A stretch of DNA of 64,000 bases from Balanoglossus misakiensis (Eukaryota; Animalia; Hemichordata), in contig CM082589.2 of assembly GCA_040954595.2 (NCBI GenBank), positions 11,854,894 to 11,918,893 on the forward strand, written 5' to 3'. Made by a program: the position numbers and the translations under genes. The notes under the pieces are model-generated. The model was not told the DNA's origin. It did not search any database and saw only the letters and a program-made list of their open reading frames with translations. Each line of letters begins with the position of its first letter. Position 1 is the stretch's first letter. This document shows, one piece after another, positions 50,901-63,065 of this stretch.

Positions 50901-52461
50901 AATTGTTTATATATGATCAGGTCACCGAATTAATAAAATAAAGAATGTTTTGCCTAAAAATGACCTTTTTGGTGCAAAAACGAATAAAACGCAATTTTGT
51001 ATTAAATCAGCTCATTCAGAGTGCATTTTTTATAATCAGCACTATTTTAACGTATAATGGAAATTTCATACATCATCTAATATCCAAATATGAAAAAATG
51101 ATTTAGATTTTAGATGATTGTCCAAAATTAGCTGATATCTAATAAATGTAGTATTGAACCGTTCTGTTCCCCCCCCCCCTACATTATATGCGGTACGCCG
51201 ATGTCAGCTTACCCGGCAGTACTGCAGGCCGTGCCCCCAACTAACGTCGGTGTTTGAAACGCCCTGGTTAAATTCGGGCTTTCTCTATAAATTGACAGGC
51301 AATAATGCAGTCCTACCCGAACAAATGTCGAGTGTTGACCCGCTGTGACTTTCCCTCTTCGGTTTGCCCGACTTAGCCAACGTCTTTGTACTAGAGTGTC
51401 GGGTCTTTTGCAGAGCCAGGCCGAAGGAAATCCGAGTAGATCAACGTGGTCTCTGTACGCGTGTTTCTGCTCTAGAGTGCCAGGGCTTTAGCCAAGCCAT
51501 GCCGTAGGAAATCTGACTTGATCAACGTTGCTAACGAACGCTAGTGTCTGTCATAGTGTGCCGGGGTTTTAGTCGAGCCAAGCCGTAGGATATCAGACTT
51601 GATCAACGTGGTCTCTGTACGCTTGTTTCTGCTCTAGAGTGCCGGGGCTTTATCCAAGCCATGCCGTAGAAAATCTGACTTGATCACCGTTGCTAACGTA
51701 CGCTAGTGTCTGTCATATTGTGACGGAGATTTAGCCGAGCCAGGCCGTAGAAAAATCGACTTGTTCAACTTTACCAGTGTGCAACTGTTTCTGCTCTAGA
51801 GTGTCAGGGTTTCAGCCGACTTATGCTGTAGGAAATCTGAGTTGATGAACGGGAATTCATTGTTAGAAAACCCGTGTGGAAAGTATCTCTACCCGTTTCA
51901 AACTAAGAAAAGAATTTATTCTTATTTATTTTGTAAAAAAGACAATATTTCGAAAAAAAGTCGAAAATGGTAATTTTGTCTTGGGTGATTCAAATTATAC
52001 CGCCTTTTCTGGAATTTGCAGCACTTTTTACAAGAGAACGACACTTCATGATCCATAATATTTCCAAAAATGAAGAAAGGAGTTAATTTTTTATGATTTT
52101 TTTAAAAATTTACCATTTTTGTCAAAATATGGCCAAAATGGCTATTTTTTCTTGAATTCCGTCAATATCTCTGCATTTTTGGAGTGGTCGAAAGTTTTAA
52201 CATACAATCAACATGTCATATATGATCAGGGCACCAAATTCGAAGAACAAAGGTTTTTTTCTTTTTTTTTCTAAAAATGACATTTTCAAGGAACATTTGG
52301 TAAAACACAATTTTGTCTGCAGTGAGCCATATTAGACTGTCTTTTGTGGAATTTGTATCGATATATACATACGAAGAGCATTTTATACTCCATCAGATTT
52401 TCGAAAATGTAGAAAACGGGTATTTTTTGTAATTTTCAAAAATTTACCATTTTGACCAAAT
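47918..52461 (+). repeat. Macrosatellite, forward block 3
   Basis: Resumes ctctgtacgcgtg at 47918; poly-C at ~48956 and ~51169. Internal deletions near 48245 and 51434; an extra 162-bp dimer near 49870-50030. Confidence 0.95.
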
Positions 52462-52797
52462 TGTGGGGAAGTATCGTGGCAGTGATCAATACTCCCGGGA
52501 GGGGGTTCGAGTATACTGACGTTGGAAAAGAAGCGAACGATTCAGTGCTAGGTAAAACACTGGTTTATTACCATCTGAATCGAACAACAAAGTAACACCA
52601 CAGAGCTCCTTACAAAATGCTGCCCGAAAGCGCCAAAACTGGGTTATATATAAGTCCCACGAACTCCGGAGCAAACACTCAAAAATTACAATAAATCTGC
52701 TACAAGTATAAAGTTTGGCGGGAAACAAAGTCAACTCTGATAGGGTAAGAGTTTCCGTCACGTGATCCTTCTGGAGTAAATCTCTCACTTCTCCATA
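52462..52797 (-). repeat. 3' LTR of BEL element 2 (336 bp)
   Basis: Matches 58542-58890 with about five substitutions and one rearranged patch. Preceded on the minus strand by the purine tract gcgggggagaa (52798-52808). Confidence 0.95.
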
Positions 52798-52968
52798 TTC
52801 TCCCCCGCGCAAAGGAAAGTCTCGAAAATCGTCAGAAAAAAAACATCAAATAACATGAAATATGATTAAAGTCACCTAAAGTGTTCAAGGATAATAAACT
52901 AATGTTCATTGTGTCAGTAAACATGATAACAGTCACAATGCGATCGAAATTGTTTTCCAATTTCAAAG

Positions 52969-55900
52969 TCAAACAGAGAGATCCGCTATTCGTACTCGAG
53001 CGGCAACTGCAGAGTCTCTGAGAGGTCGTCTCGGGGGTACAACATCCGCCTTCACCGAGGAATCTTCAGAGGCGCCAGCTGTGTCGACTGTTTCAGTATT
53101 CGTGTTGGAATCTGCTCCAATACCTGTATTATCTCCAGACACAGTTGACAGCTCCTTGGAGACAACTTCCAATGGGTACAATTTATGGATAGGTCGGTTT
53201 GTAGGACCACCTGCGGTGTTCAACTCCGCAGATCGTACCAGTTTATCATTACCGAAGATCAACCTTGTTACAGTTCCTAAATGCCATTTCGGACGTTTGT
53301 CAGTGTCACTGTGTATTATCACGACATCTCCGACCTTGATGACATTATCACGAGTTCCTTTGGTGGGATGTCGTTCACGTAGGGCAGTCAGATACTCGGA
53401 CGACCATCTTCGCCAAAATTGATCGTGTAATCTTGATAGATGTTCATATCTTTTGTTGATTTCACGATTATCACAGTAAGATGGGTCAATCACCTCTTCG
53501 TCGGTGATCTCGATGTACGGCAATGAGGTCAGTGTCCTGCCATGTAGCAAGTGATTTGGGGTCAATCCAATGTTGTCGTTTATACTGGATGACACGTACG
53601 TTAACGGCCTGTCGTTTAAAACGGCTTCAATTTCAGTCACAACTGTTGCGAGTTCATCAAAGGTTAGGTAAGCTCGACCGAGAGTTTTCCTAATAGCGTT
53701 CTTTGTCAAAGCAATCAGCCTCTCCCAGAAGCCACCAAACCAGGGCGCGCGCTTCGGTATAAACGTCCATTGTACACGATGTGCGGCGAGAAAGTCATTT
53801 ACTTCTGGCGTATCAAACAGTGTTTTGATTTCATTGGCAGCCGATAAATAAGTCGATGCGTTGTCTGACAGCATCCTACTCGGCAAAGAACGTCTCGCGG
53901 CGAATCTTCTGAACGCGTGCATGAACGTCTGGGTTGACATATCAGGAACCAGTTCTAGGTAAATGGCACGCGTCACCGCACAGGTGAATAAACAGATATA
54001 GGCTTTGGCACGTGTCCCATCTTTGGCCTTGGTATAAAGATGACCCGTGAAATCCACGCCTGTTACAGTAAATGCTGGGACAATGTTCACTCGATAACTT
54101 GGTAGCGGCGCTTGCACTGGATTCGCGTAAGGTTTCCCGGTAACTTTGTTGCAAATGACACAACCACGTAAGACACCGCGTACAATAATCCGAATTTTGG
54201 GGATCCAATATCTTTGCCTTATCTGTGTCACTGTAGATTGGACTCCCTGGTGAAGCGTCAGTTCGTGTGATTTCCGTATTATCAAATTTGTCAATTTATG
54301 ATGCGAGGGTATCAAGGCGGGAAATCTTGTGACGAAATCGATCGGCGCGTTATGGATTCTACTCCCACAGCGAAGTACGTCTTCTTCGTCAACAAATAAG
54401 TTCAGTTGTCGAACAATGGGCGCACATGTACTCAAGTTCAATTTCACAGACTGGATTTCGGCGTCATAGAACTGCCGTTGAATATGTTTAACCCACATAT
54501 TTTCCGCTCGGTGCAGCTCATCAGAGGTAATTCTCCCGTGTTTCACCTCGGTAGATTTTTTCATCCGTGCGATGAATCTGAGGACATAACTTGTCACTCG
54601 TAATAGCCTATCCAAGTTGTTGAATCTGGAAATGTCAACAACGTGTTGAATTCCGTAGTCATTGGGACTGGTAATTTCCAGATTTTCGCGATCTGTACAT
54701 CGTCTGGCTTTGGGGGGAGCGAGTATTTCTGCGTTGATTCCGTTGCCGAAACGCAGCGGCAATCTGTCCGTCTCATCTGGTTCGATTGCGGTATGCATCA
54801 CATTAACATCAAACGCTGGGCAACTAGGCCAATCGCTTGTCTTTAGCCATGTTGGTCCATTACGCCATAGTTCAGAGCGTTCCATCATTTCGTAGGTTAC
54901 CCCTCTGGTTAAAAGATCAGCTGGGTTGTGTTCTGATGGGCAGTATTTCTTTGTGGACTGAAATTCGCGAATTTCATCTACTCGATTCTTCACAAACACC
55001 GGAAGTCTCTTCTCACTGTTCAGCCAGTGAAGGACAATTTGGCTGTCACTCCATAAATAACAACGAACTATGTCATATTTGGAGGACAGGGCTTCTTTAG
55101 CGTACTTGCTGAGACGTGTGGCTATTAACGCAGCCATCAATTCCAGTCGTGGGAGTGTAGTTTCAGCCACTGGTGCGGTTCTAGTCTTCGCCATCACAAA
55201 CGACGTTTGCTGTCCTCTTTTCAAATACACTACTGCCCCATACGCTCTCTGGCTTGCGTCTGCAAAGGCGTGTAGCTAGCATTCATTGTCGCCTTCAAGT
55301 TCATCAAAATATTGTCGTTCGATCTTCGTGTTTTGCGAGTCTTTGAGATCTTCTGCGATGTGCATCCATTGAGTGTAGAGATCTGCGTTGATAGGTTCAT
55401 CCCAGTCTAATTCCAGTTTCCATAGTAACTGAATGAACAATTTGGCTTTGATCATTACAGGGACGAGAAATCCAAACGGATCAAATAGCATCGCCACATA
55501 GCTGACAATGTCACGTTTGGTCACGAGTTCGGCACGCGACGACATATTAACCACTTTAGAGTAAGTCAGATTTTGTTGACCACTGCATTCCCAAAACGGA
55601 TACATCTTCGGTGGGTTCGTTCAGATTGTCACATGTAGCGAGTTCGTTTATTTGTTGACAGTTGGAAGACCATGCTCTGAGTTTGAATCCGCCTGATGTC
55701 ATCAACTCATTGGCTTCATGGTAGTATTTCATGGCATTTTCTGCAGTATCAACTCCATCGATCACATTATCCACATAAATATTATTTCCCAATCTGTCAG
55801 CGGTGGGAAGTTGACTATTGTTCTCTAAATGCGTCTTGATAACCGCATTGAGGATGAATGGGGAACAGACTGCTCCAAACAAGACAGACTTAAACTGCAA

Positions 55901-57190
55901 AGTTATGAAGTCACTTTCTGGGTCGTTAATGTCCGACAGCCACAGAAATTTCGTGAATTTCCTCTCATCTTCTTCCAACCGAATGTTCAGGAATGCTTTC
56001 TCAATGTCAGCTGTGAAAGCAATGTTATTGGCGCGGAATCACAGCAGAATCGCTGGCAGGTCATTTATTAATGACGGTCCAGTTTGCAAGCAATCATTCA
56101 AACTTGGATAATTAGAATCCTTCTTACAAGAGCAATCATAAACGATGCGAATGGGTGTTGTGGTCGAATTCTTAACCACCGGACGATGTGGCAAATAGTG
56201 TCCGATATTCACGTCATCTTCGTCAACCTCTCCGATGAAGTCGCGACGTCTCTGTTCATTGATTATGTCGTCATATTTCTTGATGAGTTCAGAGGGTAAC
56301 CTGCGTATCGTATTACGCGTGCGTTTCATGGCGACATCGTAGTTGGTGGGTAGTGGAGGGTGATCTTCCTTCCACGGTAGTTTAGCTACGTATTTTCCTC
56401 GGTCAACTCTCAAGTGCGTGTCTCTGTAAGACTCGTACGTCAACTGTTCATCAACTGTTGGATTGTCCTGAATACCGATCAATTCAAGGTCCCACATATT
56501 TTGGACCTGTGGTTCTCGGCCGATCGCAGTACTATCCATCGGTGTATACATGTCCGTTGCGCGATTTCCATGCAGTCCGTTGATAGAGTTCTCTGAAACT
56601 ACGTTACTGGTATCAGCAGTAGAAATCACGTGTAAGATATGCGCATTAGAATCCACTTTGGGAGTTCCGAGGGGTCCGGAGAGTAAGTATCCAAATTTGG
56701 ATGACACAGCAGTGGGGCCGGACGCGCCAGAAATAACGTGTGAGCCCACGAAATTCCAATATTGGTCGGCTCCGATTAGAACATCAATTGGCCACGACTG
56801 ATCACTCGAAACTGGATGTGCGAATGGTAGCCCTTTCAGGTGGCTCATATTGTGGACTTCCTGAGAAATGTGATTTGTTAAGTCCGACGATATCTCTGGA
56901 ATTATCATCGCGTGAATAGCATGAGCAGTTAGTTCGGTGAATCCCATGGTGCGTACTTTGGAGTCCTTGCCACCGAAGGTCGATAACTTTATGTGTTCGT
57001 GCCGCGTAGCTTTCGCGGACAGCTGACGGGCGAATCTCTCAGTGACGAATGTCTTATTTGCTCCTTCATCAAACAGGATGACGGCATGTATGGGGGCTCC
57101 CCGTCCGACAGACAGTGGTACAAACGCAGTTTTCAGCAGCACTGGCCCAGTGTTTATCTTCTTATCCGTAAATGTATCGGTATTAGTCAA
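52969..57190 (-). pseudogene. pol: BEL/Pao pol (protease, RT, RNase H, integrase) with stops and a frameshift
   Basis: ILFDEGANKTF, HYLPHRPV, IRIVYDCS, LFGAVCSPF, YVDN (55766-55777), LHAFADAS, LPRLELMAA, NPADLLTRG, HELTLHQG...CVIC, GVDFTG, SDNA, GGFWERL. Stops at 56039 and 55276; frameshift at ~55600. Confidence 0.95.
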
Positions 57191-57192
57191 TG

Positions 57193-58508
57193 TTACTTTG
57201 ACATCAGAAGTACTTGATGATGGCGATGGCGAGGACGACGCTCCGGTTGGCGTCGTTGTAGCGGTGGGAACGTCGTAGTGTAGCGCAGAGTGCAGGAGTA
57301 TTTTGATTTACACTCCGCAACTCTATGTTTTCCAAAGCAATTAAAACATAGTCTGTCCTTCTTCACAATGTCCAGTCTCTCGCGCGTATCAGTTACCACA
57401 GTGCAATTTGACGCGAAGTGTGACCCTTTGCAGAACGGGCACGTTTTGACAGGGGCGCAAAACTTCTGTTTACCTGTCATCTGCGTTTTCGTGTGAAACG
57501 CGGTTATTTCCGGTTCTCTGGTAGTGGCCATTGTTATCTCGTCGACCCGGTTGCCGGCTTGAAGGGTGTTTATCTCGTGTTGAATGGCTTTTCGTAGATC
57601 TGCTAATGTCCACGCAGCATTACCATGTTTTCTTGCTATCTGCTCTCGAATGTTAGGAGGTAATTTCTCCCGTATTATTGGAACCAAAGTTCGCCGTATG
57701 TGGTTTCCTCCTTACCCAGCGACTGAAGACCTCGAACGTGATTTTCAATCGAGTAGTAGAAATGCCTTAAACTTTGTACGTCGGCGGTTGGGCTTTGTAG
57801 ATTCCACAACGCGGTCATATGAGCATCTACTATGAGATGGGTTTGTCCGTATCTTTCGGTCAATAAGTCAATCGCGTGCGTGAGTGGCAATCCGTTGATT
57901 GTTCTCGCTGCTTCATCTTTGAGTACACTCCGCAAATACGTAAACTTCTGAATGTTGTCCAAATTAGTGTCCGAAGGTATCGAAGACTTGAATACATCGA
58001 AGAAACTCGACCATTCTATTACATTGCCTGAGAAAGTTTGCAGCTGGAGTTTCGGTAGAGTTACTGTTTTACGAGGCGTCGCGTTGCCGAGGCTGCTTCC
58101 CGTTACATTACCAGTACTAGTAGTAGTTGTCCGCATCTCCGATTTGTTTTTCTTGATGAAAGATGCGATGCGATGATTGTGTTCGAAGATTTCGGCCTGG
58201 TAGTCGCCTGAAGTTTCATTTTCTTCGTCAAAGTGTTCATCGTCAATTAGATCGAGGATTCTCACCTCGAGGTCGGCGAGTAGACGGATCTTGTTCTAAA
58301 GTTGTTCGTTCAGCCCTTCCAGCGTGTCGAGTGTAGTCGGCTTGTCTGTACCGACGTCTACGAAATTGTTCATGAGGGTGTCGGCCTTGTTGAACAGTCG
58401 GGTCACTTGTGCGCGTTGACCACGACGCGATCTCTTCAGTTTTGTCAACGCTGTTGGCTGATCCTCTTGTTGTCCATCTTGTGGCGCGATGTGTTCTTGT
58501 TCCGACAT
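57193..58508 (-). pseudogene. gag: BEL/Pao gag, interrupted
   Basis: LPKLQLQTFSGNVIEWSSFFDVF, QKFTYLRSVL, CPFCKGSHFASNC, CFNCFGKHRVAEC. Stop at 58296; frameshifts near 57680 and 57290. Confidence 0.9.
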
Positions 58509-58522
58509 CTTGCTCTGTTATA

Positions 58523-58537
58523 CTGGTCTCAGCACCA
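58523..58537 (-). promoter_or_regulatory. Primer-binding site, tRNA-His-like
   Basis: TGGTGCTGAGACCAG on the minus strand, 4 nt after the 5' LTR end; similar to the complement of the tRNA-His 3' end (TGGTGCCGTGAC..., recalled). Confidence 0.65.
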
Positions 58538-58541
58538 AAAA

Positions 58542-58890
58542 TGTGGGGAAGTATCGTGGCAGTGATCAATACTCCCGGGAGGGGGTTCGAGTATACTGAC
58601 GTCGGAAAAGAAGCGAACGATTCAGTGCTAGGTAAAACACTGGTTTATTACCATCTGAATCCAACAACAAAGTAACACCACAGAGCTCCTTACAAAAAGC
58701 TGCCCGAAAGCGCCAAAACTGGGTTATATATAAGTCCCACGAACGCCGGAGCAAACACTCAAAAATTACAATAAATCTGCTACAAGTATAAAGTTTGGAG
58801 GGAAACTCTGATATCAACTGATATCAACTCTGATAGGGTAAGAGTTTCCGTCACGTGATCCTTCTGGAGTAAATCTCTCACTTCTCCATA
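58542..58890 (-). repeat. 5' LTR of BEL element 2 (349 bp)
   Basis: Direct repeat of 52462-52797; minus-strand termini TATGGAGAAG...CTTCCCCACA. Confidence 0.95.
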
Positions 58891-61800
58891 CAAATTGTGG
58901 CTTAAATTGTTATTTTCGTGTTGAATGCCGCCAGTGTCACTGCTTTTAAAAGTCATAAAAACTTTTAACATACAAGCAATTGTTTATATATGATCAGGTC
59001 ACCGAATTAAAAAATAAAGAATGTTTTGCCTAAAATGACCTTTTTGGTGCAATAACGAATAAAACGCAATTTTGTATTTAATCAGCTCATTCACAGTGCA
59101 TTTTTTATAATCAGCACCATTTTTACATATAATGGAAATTTCATACATCATCAGATATCCAAATATGAAAAAATGATTTAGATTTTAGATGATTGTCCAA
59201 AATTAGCTGATATCTAATAAATGTAGTATTGAACCGTTCTGTTCCCCCCCCCTACATTATATGCGGTACGCCGATGTCAGCTTACCCGGAAGTACTGCAG
59301 GCTGTGCCCCCAACTAACGTCAGTGTTTGAAACGCCGTGGTTAAATTCGGGCTTTCTCTATAAATTGACAGGCAATAATGCGGTCCTACCCGAACAAATG
59401 TCAAGTGTTGAACCGCTGTGACTTTCCCTCTTCGGTTTGCCCGACTTAGCCAACGTCTTTGTACTAGAGTGTCGGGTCTTTTGCAGAGCCAGGCCGAAGG
59501 AAATCCGACTTGATCACCGTTGCTAACGAACGCTAGTGTCTGTCATGGAGTGCCGGGGTTTTAGTCGAGCCAGGCCGTAGGAGATCTGACTTGATCATCG
59601 TGGTCAATGTACGCGTGTTTCCGCTCTAAAGTGCCGGGGCTTCAGCTAAACCAGGCCGTAGGAAATCCGACGTAATCACCGTTGATAACTTACGCCAGTC
59701 AGTGTCATATAGAGCCGGTGCACCAGCCGAGTCACGCCGTAGGAAATCTGACTTGATCAACGTGGTCAATGTACGCCTGTTTCTGCTCTAGAGTGCCGGG
59801 GCTTCAGCTGAGCCAGGCCGTAGGAAACCCGACGTGGTTACCGTTGTTAACTTACGCCAGTCTGTGTCCTATATATAGTGCCGGGGCATCAGCCGTGCCA
59901 GGCCGAAGGAAATGTGAGTAGATCAACGTGGTCTCTGTACGCATGTTTCTGCTCTAGAGTGCCAGGGCTTTAGCCAAGCCATGCCGTAGGAAATCTGACT
60001 TGATCAACGTTGCTAACGAACGCTAGTGTCTGTCATAGTAAGCCTGTGTTTTAGTCAAGCCAAGCCGTAGGAGATCAGACTTGATCAACGTGGTCTCTGT
60101 ACGCGTGTTTCTGCTCTAGAGTGCCGGGGCTTTATCCAAGCCATGCCGTAGAAAATCTGACTTGATCACCGTTGCTAACGTACGCTAGTGTCTGTCATAT
60201 TGTGACGGAGATTTAGCCGAGCCAGGCCGTAGAAAAATCGACTTGTTGAACGTTACCAGTGTGCAACTGTTTCTGCTCTAGAGTGTCAGGGTTTTAGCCG
60301 ACTTATGCTGTAGGAAATCTGAGTTGATGAATGGGAATTCAATGTTAGAAAACCCGTGTGGAAAGTATCTCTACCCGTTTGAAACTAAGAAAAGAATTTA
60401 TTCTTATTTATTTTGTAAAAAAGACAATTTTACGAAAAACAGTCGAAAATGGTAATTTTGTCTTGGGTGATTCAAATTATTCCGCCTTTTCTGGAATTTG
60501 CAGCACTTTTTACAAGAGAACGACACTTCATGCTCCATAATATTTCCGAAAATGAAGAAAAGAGTTAATTTTTTATGATTTTTTAAAAAAAATTACCATT
60601 TTTGTCAAAATATGGCCAAAATGGCTATTTTTTCTTCAATTCCGTCAATATCTCAGCATTTTTGGTGTGGTCGAAACTTTTAACATACAATCAACATGTC
60701 ATATATAATCAGGGCACCGAATTCGAAGAACAAATACAGCTTTTATTAATTGTTTTTCTAAAAATGACATTTTCAAGCAAAATTTGATAACATGCAATTT
60801 TGTCTGCAGTGAGCCAAATTAGACTGTCTTTTGTGGAAATTGTATCGATATATACATACGAATGGCATTCTATACTCCATCAGATTACCGAAAATGTAGG
60901 AAACAGTTATTTTTCGTAATTTTGAAAAATTTACCATTTTGACCAAATTGTGGCTAAAATTTTTATTTTCGTGTTGAATGCCGCCAGTGTCACTGCTTTT
61001 AAAAGTCATAAAAACTTTTAACATACAAGCAATTGTTTATATATGATCAGGTCACCGAATTAAAAAATAAAGAATGTTTTGCCTAAAAATGACCTTTTTG
61101 GTGCAATAACGAATAAAACGCAATTTTGTATTTAATCAGCTCATTCACAGTGCATTTTTTATTATCAGCACCATTTTTACATATAATGGAAATTTCATAC
61201 ATCATCAGATATCCAAATATGAAAAAATGATTTAGATTTTAGATGATTGTCCAAAATTAGCTGATAACTAATAAATGTAGTATTGAACCGTTCTGTTCCC
61301 CCCCTACATTATATGCGGTACGCCGATGTCAGCTTACCCGGCAGTACTGCAGGCCGTGCCCCCAACTAACGTCGGTGTTTGAAACGCCCTGGTTAAATTC
61401 GGGCTTTCTCTATAAATTGACAGGCAATAATGCAGTCCTACCCGAACAAATGTCAAGTGTTGAACCGCTGTGACTTTCCCTCTTCGGTTTGCCCGATTAG
61501 CCAACGTCTTTGTACTAGAGTGTCGGGTCTTTTGCAGAGCCAGGCCGAAGGAAATCCGACTTGATCACCGTTGCTAACGAACGCTAGTGTCTGTCATGGT
61601 GTGCCGGGGTTTTAGTCGAGCCAGGCCGTAGGAGATCTGACTTGATCATCGTGGTCAATGTACGCGTGTTTCCGCTCTAAAGTGCCGGGGCTTCAGCTAA
61701 ACCAGGCCGTAGGAAATCCGACGTAATCACCGTTGATAACTTACGCCAGTCTGTGTCATATAGTGCCGGTGCACCAGCCGAGTCACGCCGTAGGAAATCT

Positions 61801-62310
61801 GACTTGATCAACGTGGTCAATGAACGCCTGTTTCTGCTCTAGAGTGCAGGGGCTTCAGCTGAGCCAGGCCGTAGGAAACCCGACGTGATTACCGTTGTTA
61901 ACTTACGCCAGTCTGTGTCCTATATATAGTGCCGGGGCATCAGCCGTGCCAGGCCGAAGGAAATGTGAGTAGATCAACGTGGTCTCTGTACGCGTGTTTC
62001 TGCTCTAGAGTGCCAGGGCTTTAGCCAAGCCATGCCGTAGGAAATCTGACTTGATCAACGTTGCTAACGAACGCTAGTGTCTGTCATAGTGTGCCGGGGT
62101 TTCAGTCGAGCCAAGCCGTAGGAGATCAGACTTGATCAACGTGGTCTCTGTACGCGTGTTTCTGCTCTAGAGTGCCGGGGCTTTATCCAAGCCATGCCGT
62201 AGAAAATCTGACTTGATCACCGTTGCTAACGTACGCTAGTGTCTGTCATATTGTGACGGAGATTTAGCCAAGCCAGGCCCTAGAAAAATCGACTTGTTCA
62301 ACGTTACCAG
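58891..62310 (+). repeat. Macrosatellite, forward block 4
   Basis: Poly-C at ~59244 and ~61298; ends ...acgttaccag at the next LTR. Confidence 0.95.
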
Positions 62311-62697
62311 TGTAGTAACCTCGATGTGCCGTCTCAAATGGTGCCCTAATTCACATCAAAGGCCACAGGGTTCTATAGTATTTGCCGTTAACTAACTGGA
62401 GCTCACCATCGCCGACGAACATTCCTTGTCAGATGTCACAGAAAACGCTGCTCGGAACTTTACACGAACATTTAATGACTGAACACACAACACTGGCACT
62501 GGATGATGCGTCGCGGTGGTTGAAGTTTCCGTAGAAAACTGGCAAAAATCCCCAGGCTAACTGTGCAAAAGTCCTCACATGTGCGCCATGGAATTTTCCA
62601 GATATTTTCTAAACAAAAGCGCATGCGCTAATGTACTCACAGCGCGAGGGCGCTAGACTAAATATTTCAGTTTCTCTAAGAACTGGGCGTCCTTACA
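62311..62697 (-). repeat. 3' LTR of BEL element 3 (387 bp)
   Basis: The minus strand reads TGTAAGG...ACTACA, bounded by the PPT on one side and the satellite on the other. ATTAAA at ~62471-62476. The partner LTR is not in the window. Confidence 0.8.
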
Positions 62698-63065
62698 CCA
62701 GCCCCCAAATTGTTCATCAAAAAACATTAACAATTTCCATCCTAGCAAATTCAAAACGCCAACATCCATATGTGCCGAAATTACATATCAAATAGAAATT
62801 ACAAAACAATATCTATAAATATCTCGAAACGCGAAGTCGAAAGTTTTTCAGGAAACGCGAATACAAGAATCCTTTTCTTCATGAATGTGATGATACATCC
62901 TAGACCATGCCCAGACCTCGTCCGGTCAATCATGCTGCCAAGCATGATATCCAACACATCTGTACTTCAAAGATGAGATCAAACGCTGGACGTAGTGGAT
63001 AGACTGGCCACTACTTGAGATCGTTGTTATTACAGCTGCTGGTAACTGCAACCATACCAATACCA

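Larger units (their letters stand above)
52462..58890 (-). mobile_element. BEL/Pao LTR retrotransposon 2, full-length structure, decayed ORF, 5-bp TSD CAAAT
   Basis: Two LTRs, PBS, PPT and gag-PR-RT-RH-IN on the minus strand. CAAAT at 52457-52461 and 58891-58895, with satellite in register on both sides. Confidence 0.97.

Noticed and set aside
53081-58675. Plus-strand ORFs overlapping BEL element 2, and minus-strand ORFs over element 1
   Set aside because: They are antisense or alternate-frame shadows of gag-pol with no independent motifs.
52462-58890. Apparent mismatch between similar LTRs and about six ORF lesions in element 2
   Set aside because: About five substitutions in ~336 bp of LTR implies tens of mutations over 5.5 kb, enough to account for the lesions by neutral decay.
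802-61024. Recurrent 60-100 aa ORFs (MESISTRLKLRK..., MTKYGQNG..., MLKVFMTF...)
   Set aside because: They lie in the satellite, mostly use non-ATG starts, open and close with homopolymer length changes, and show no recognisable domain.
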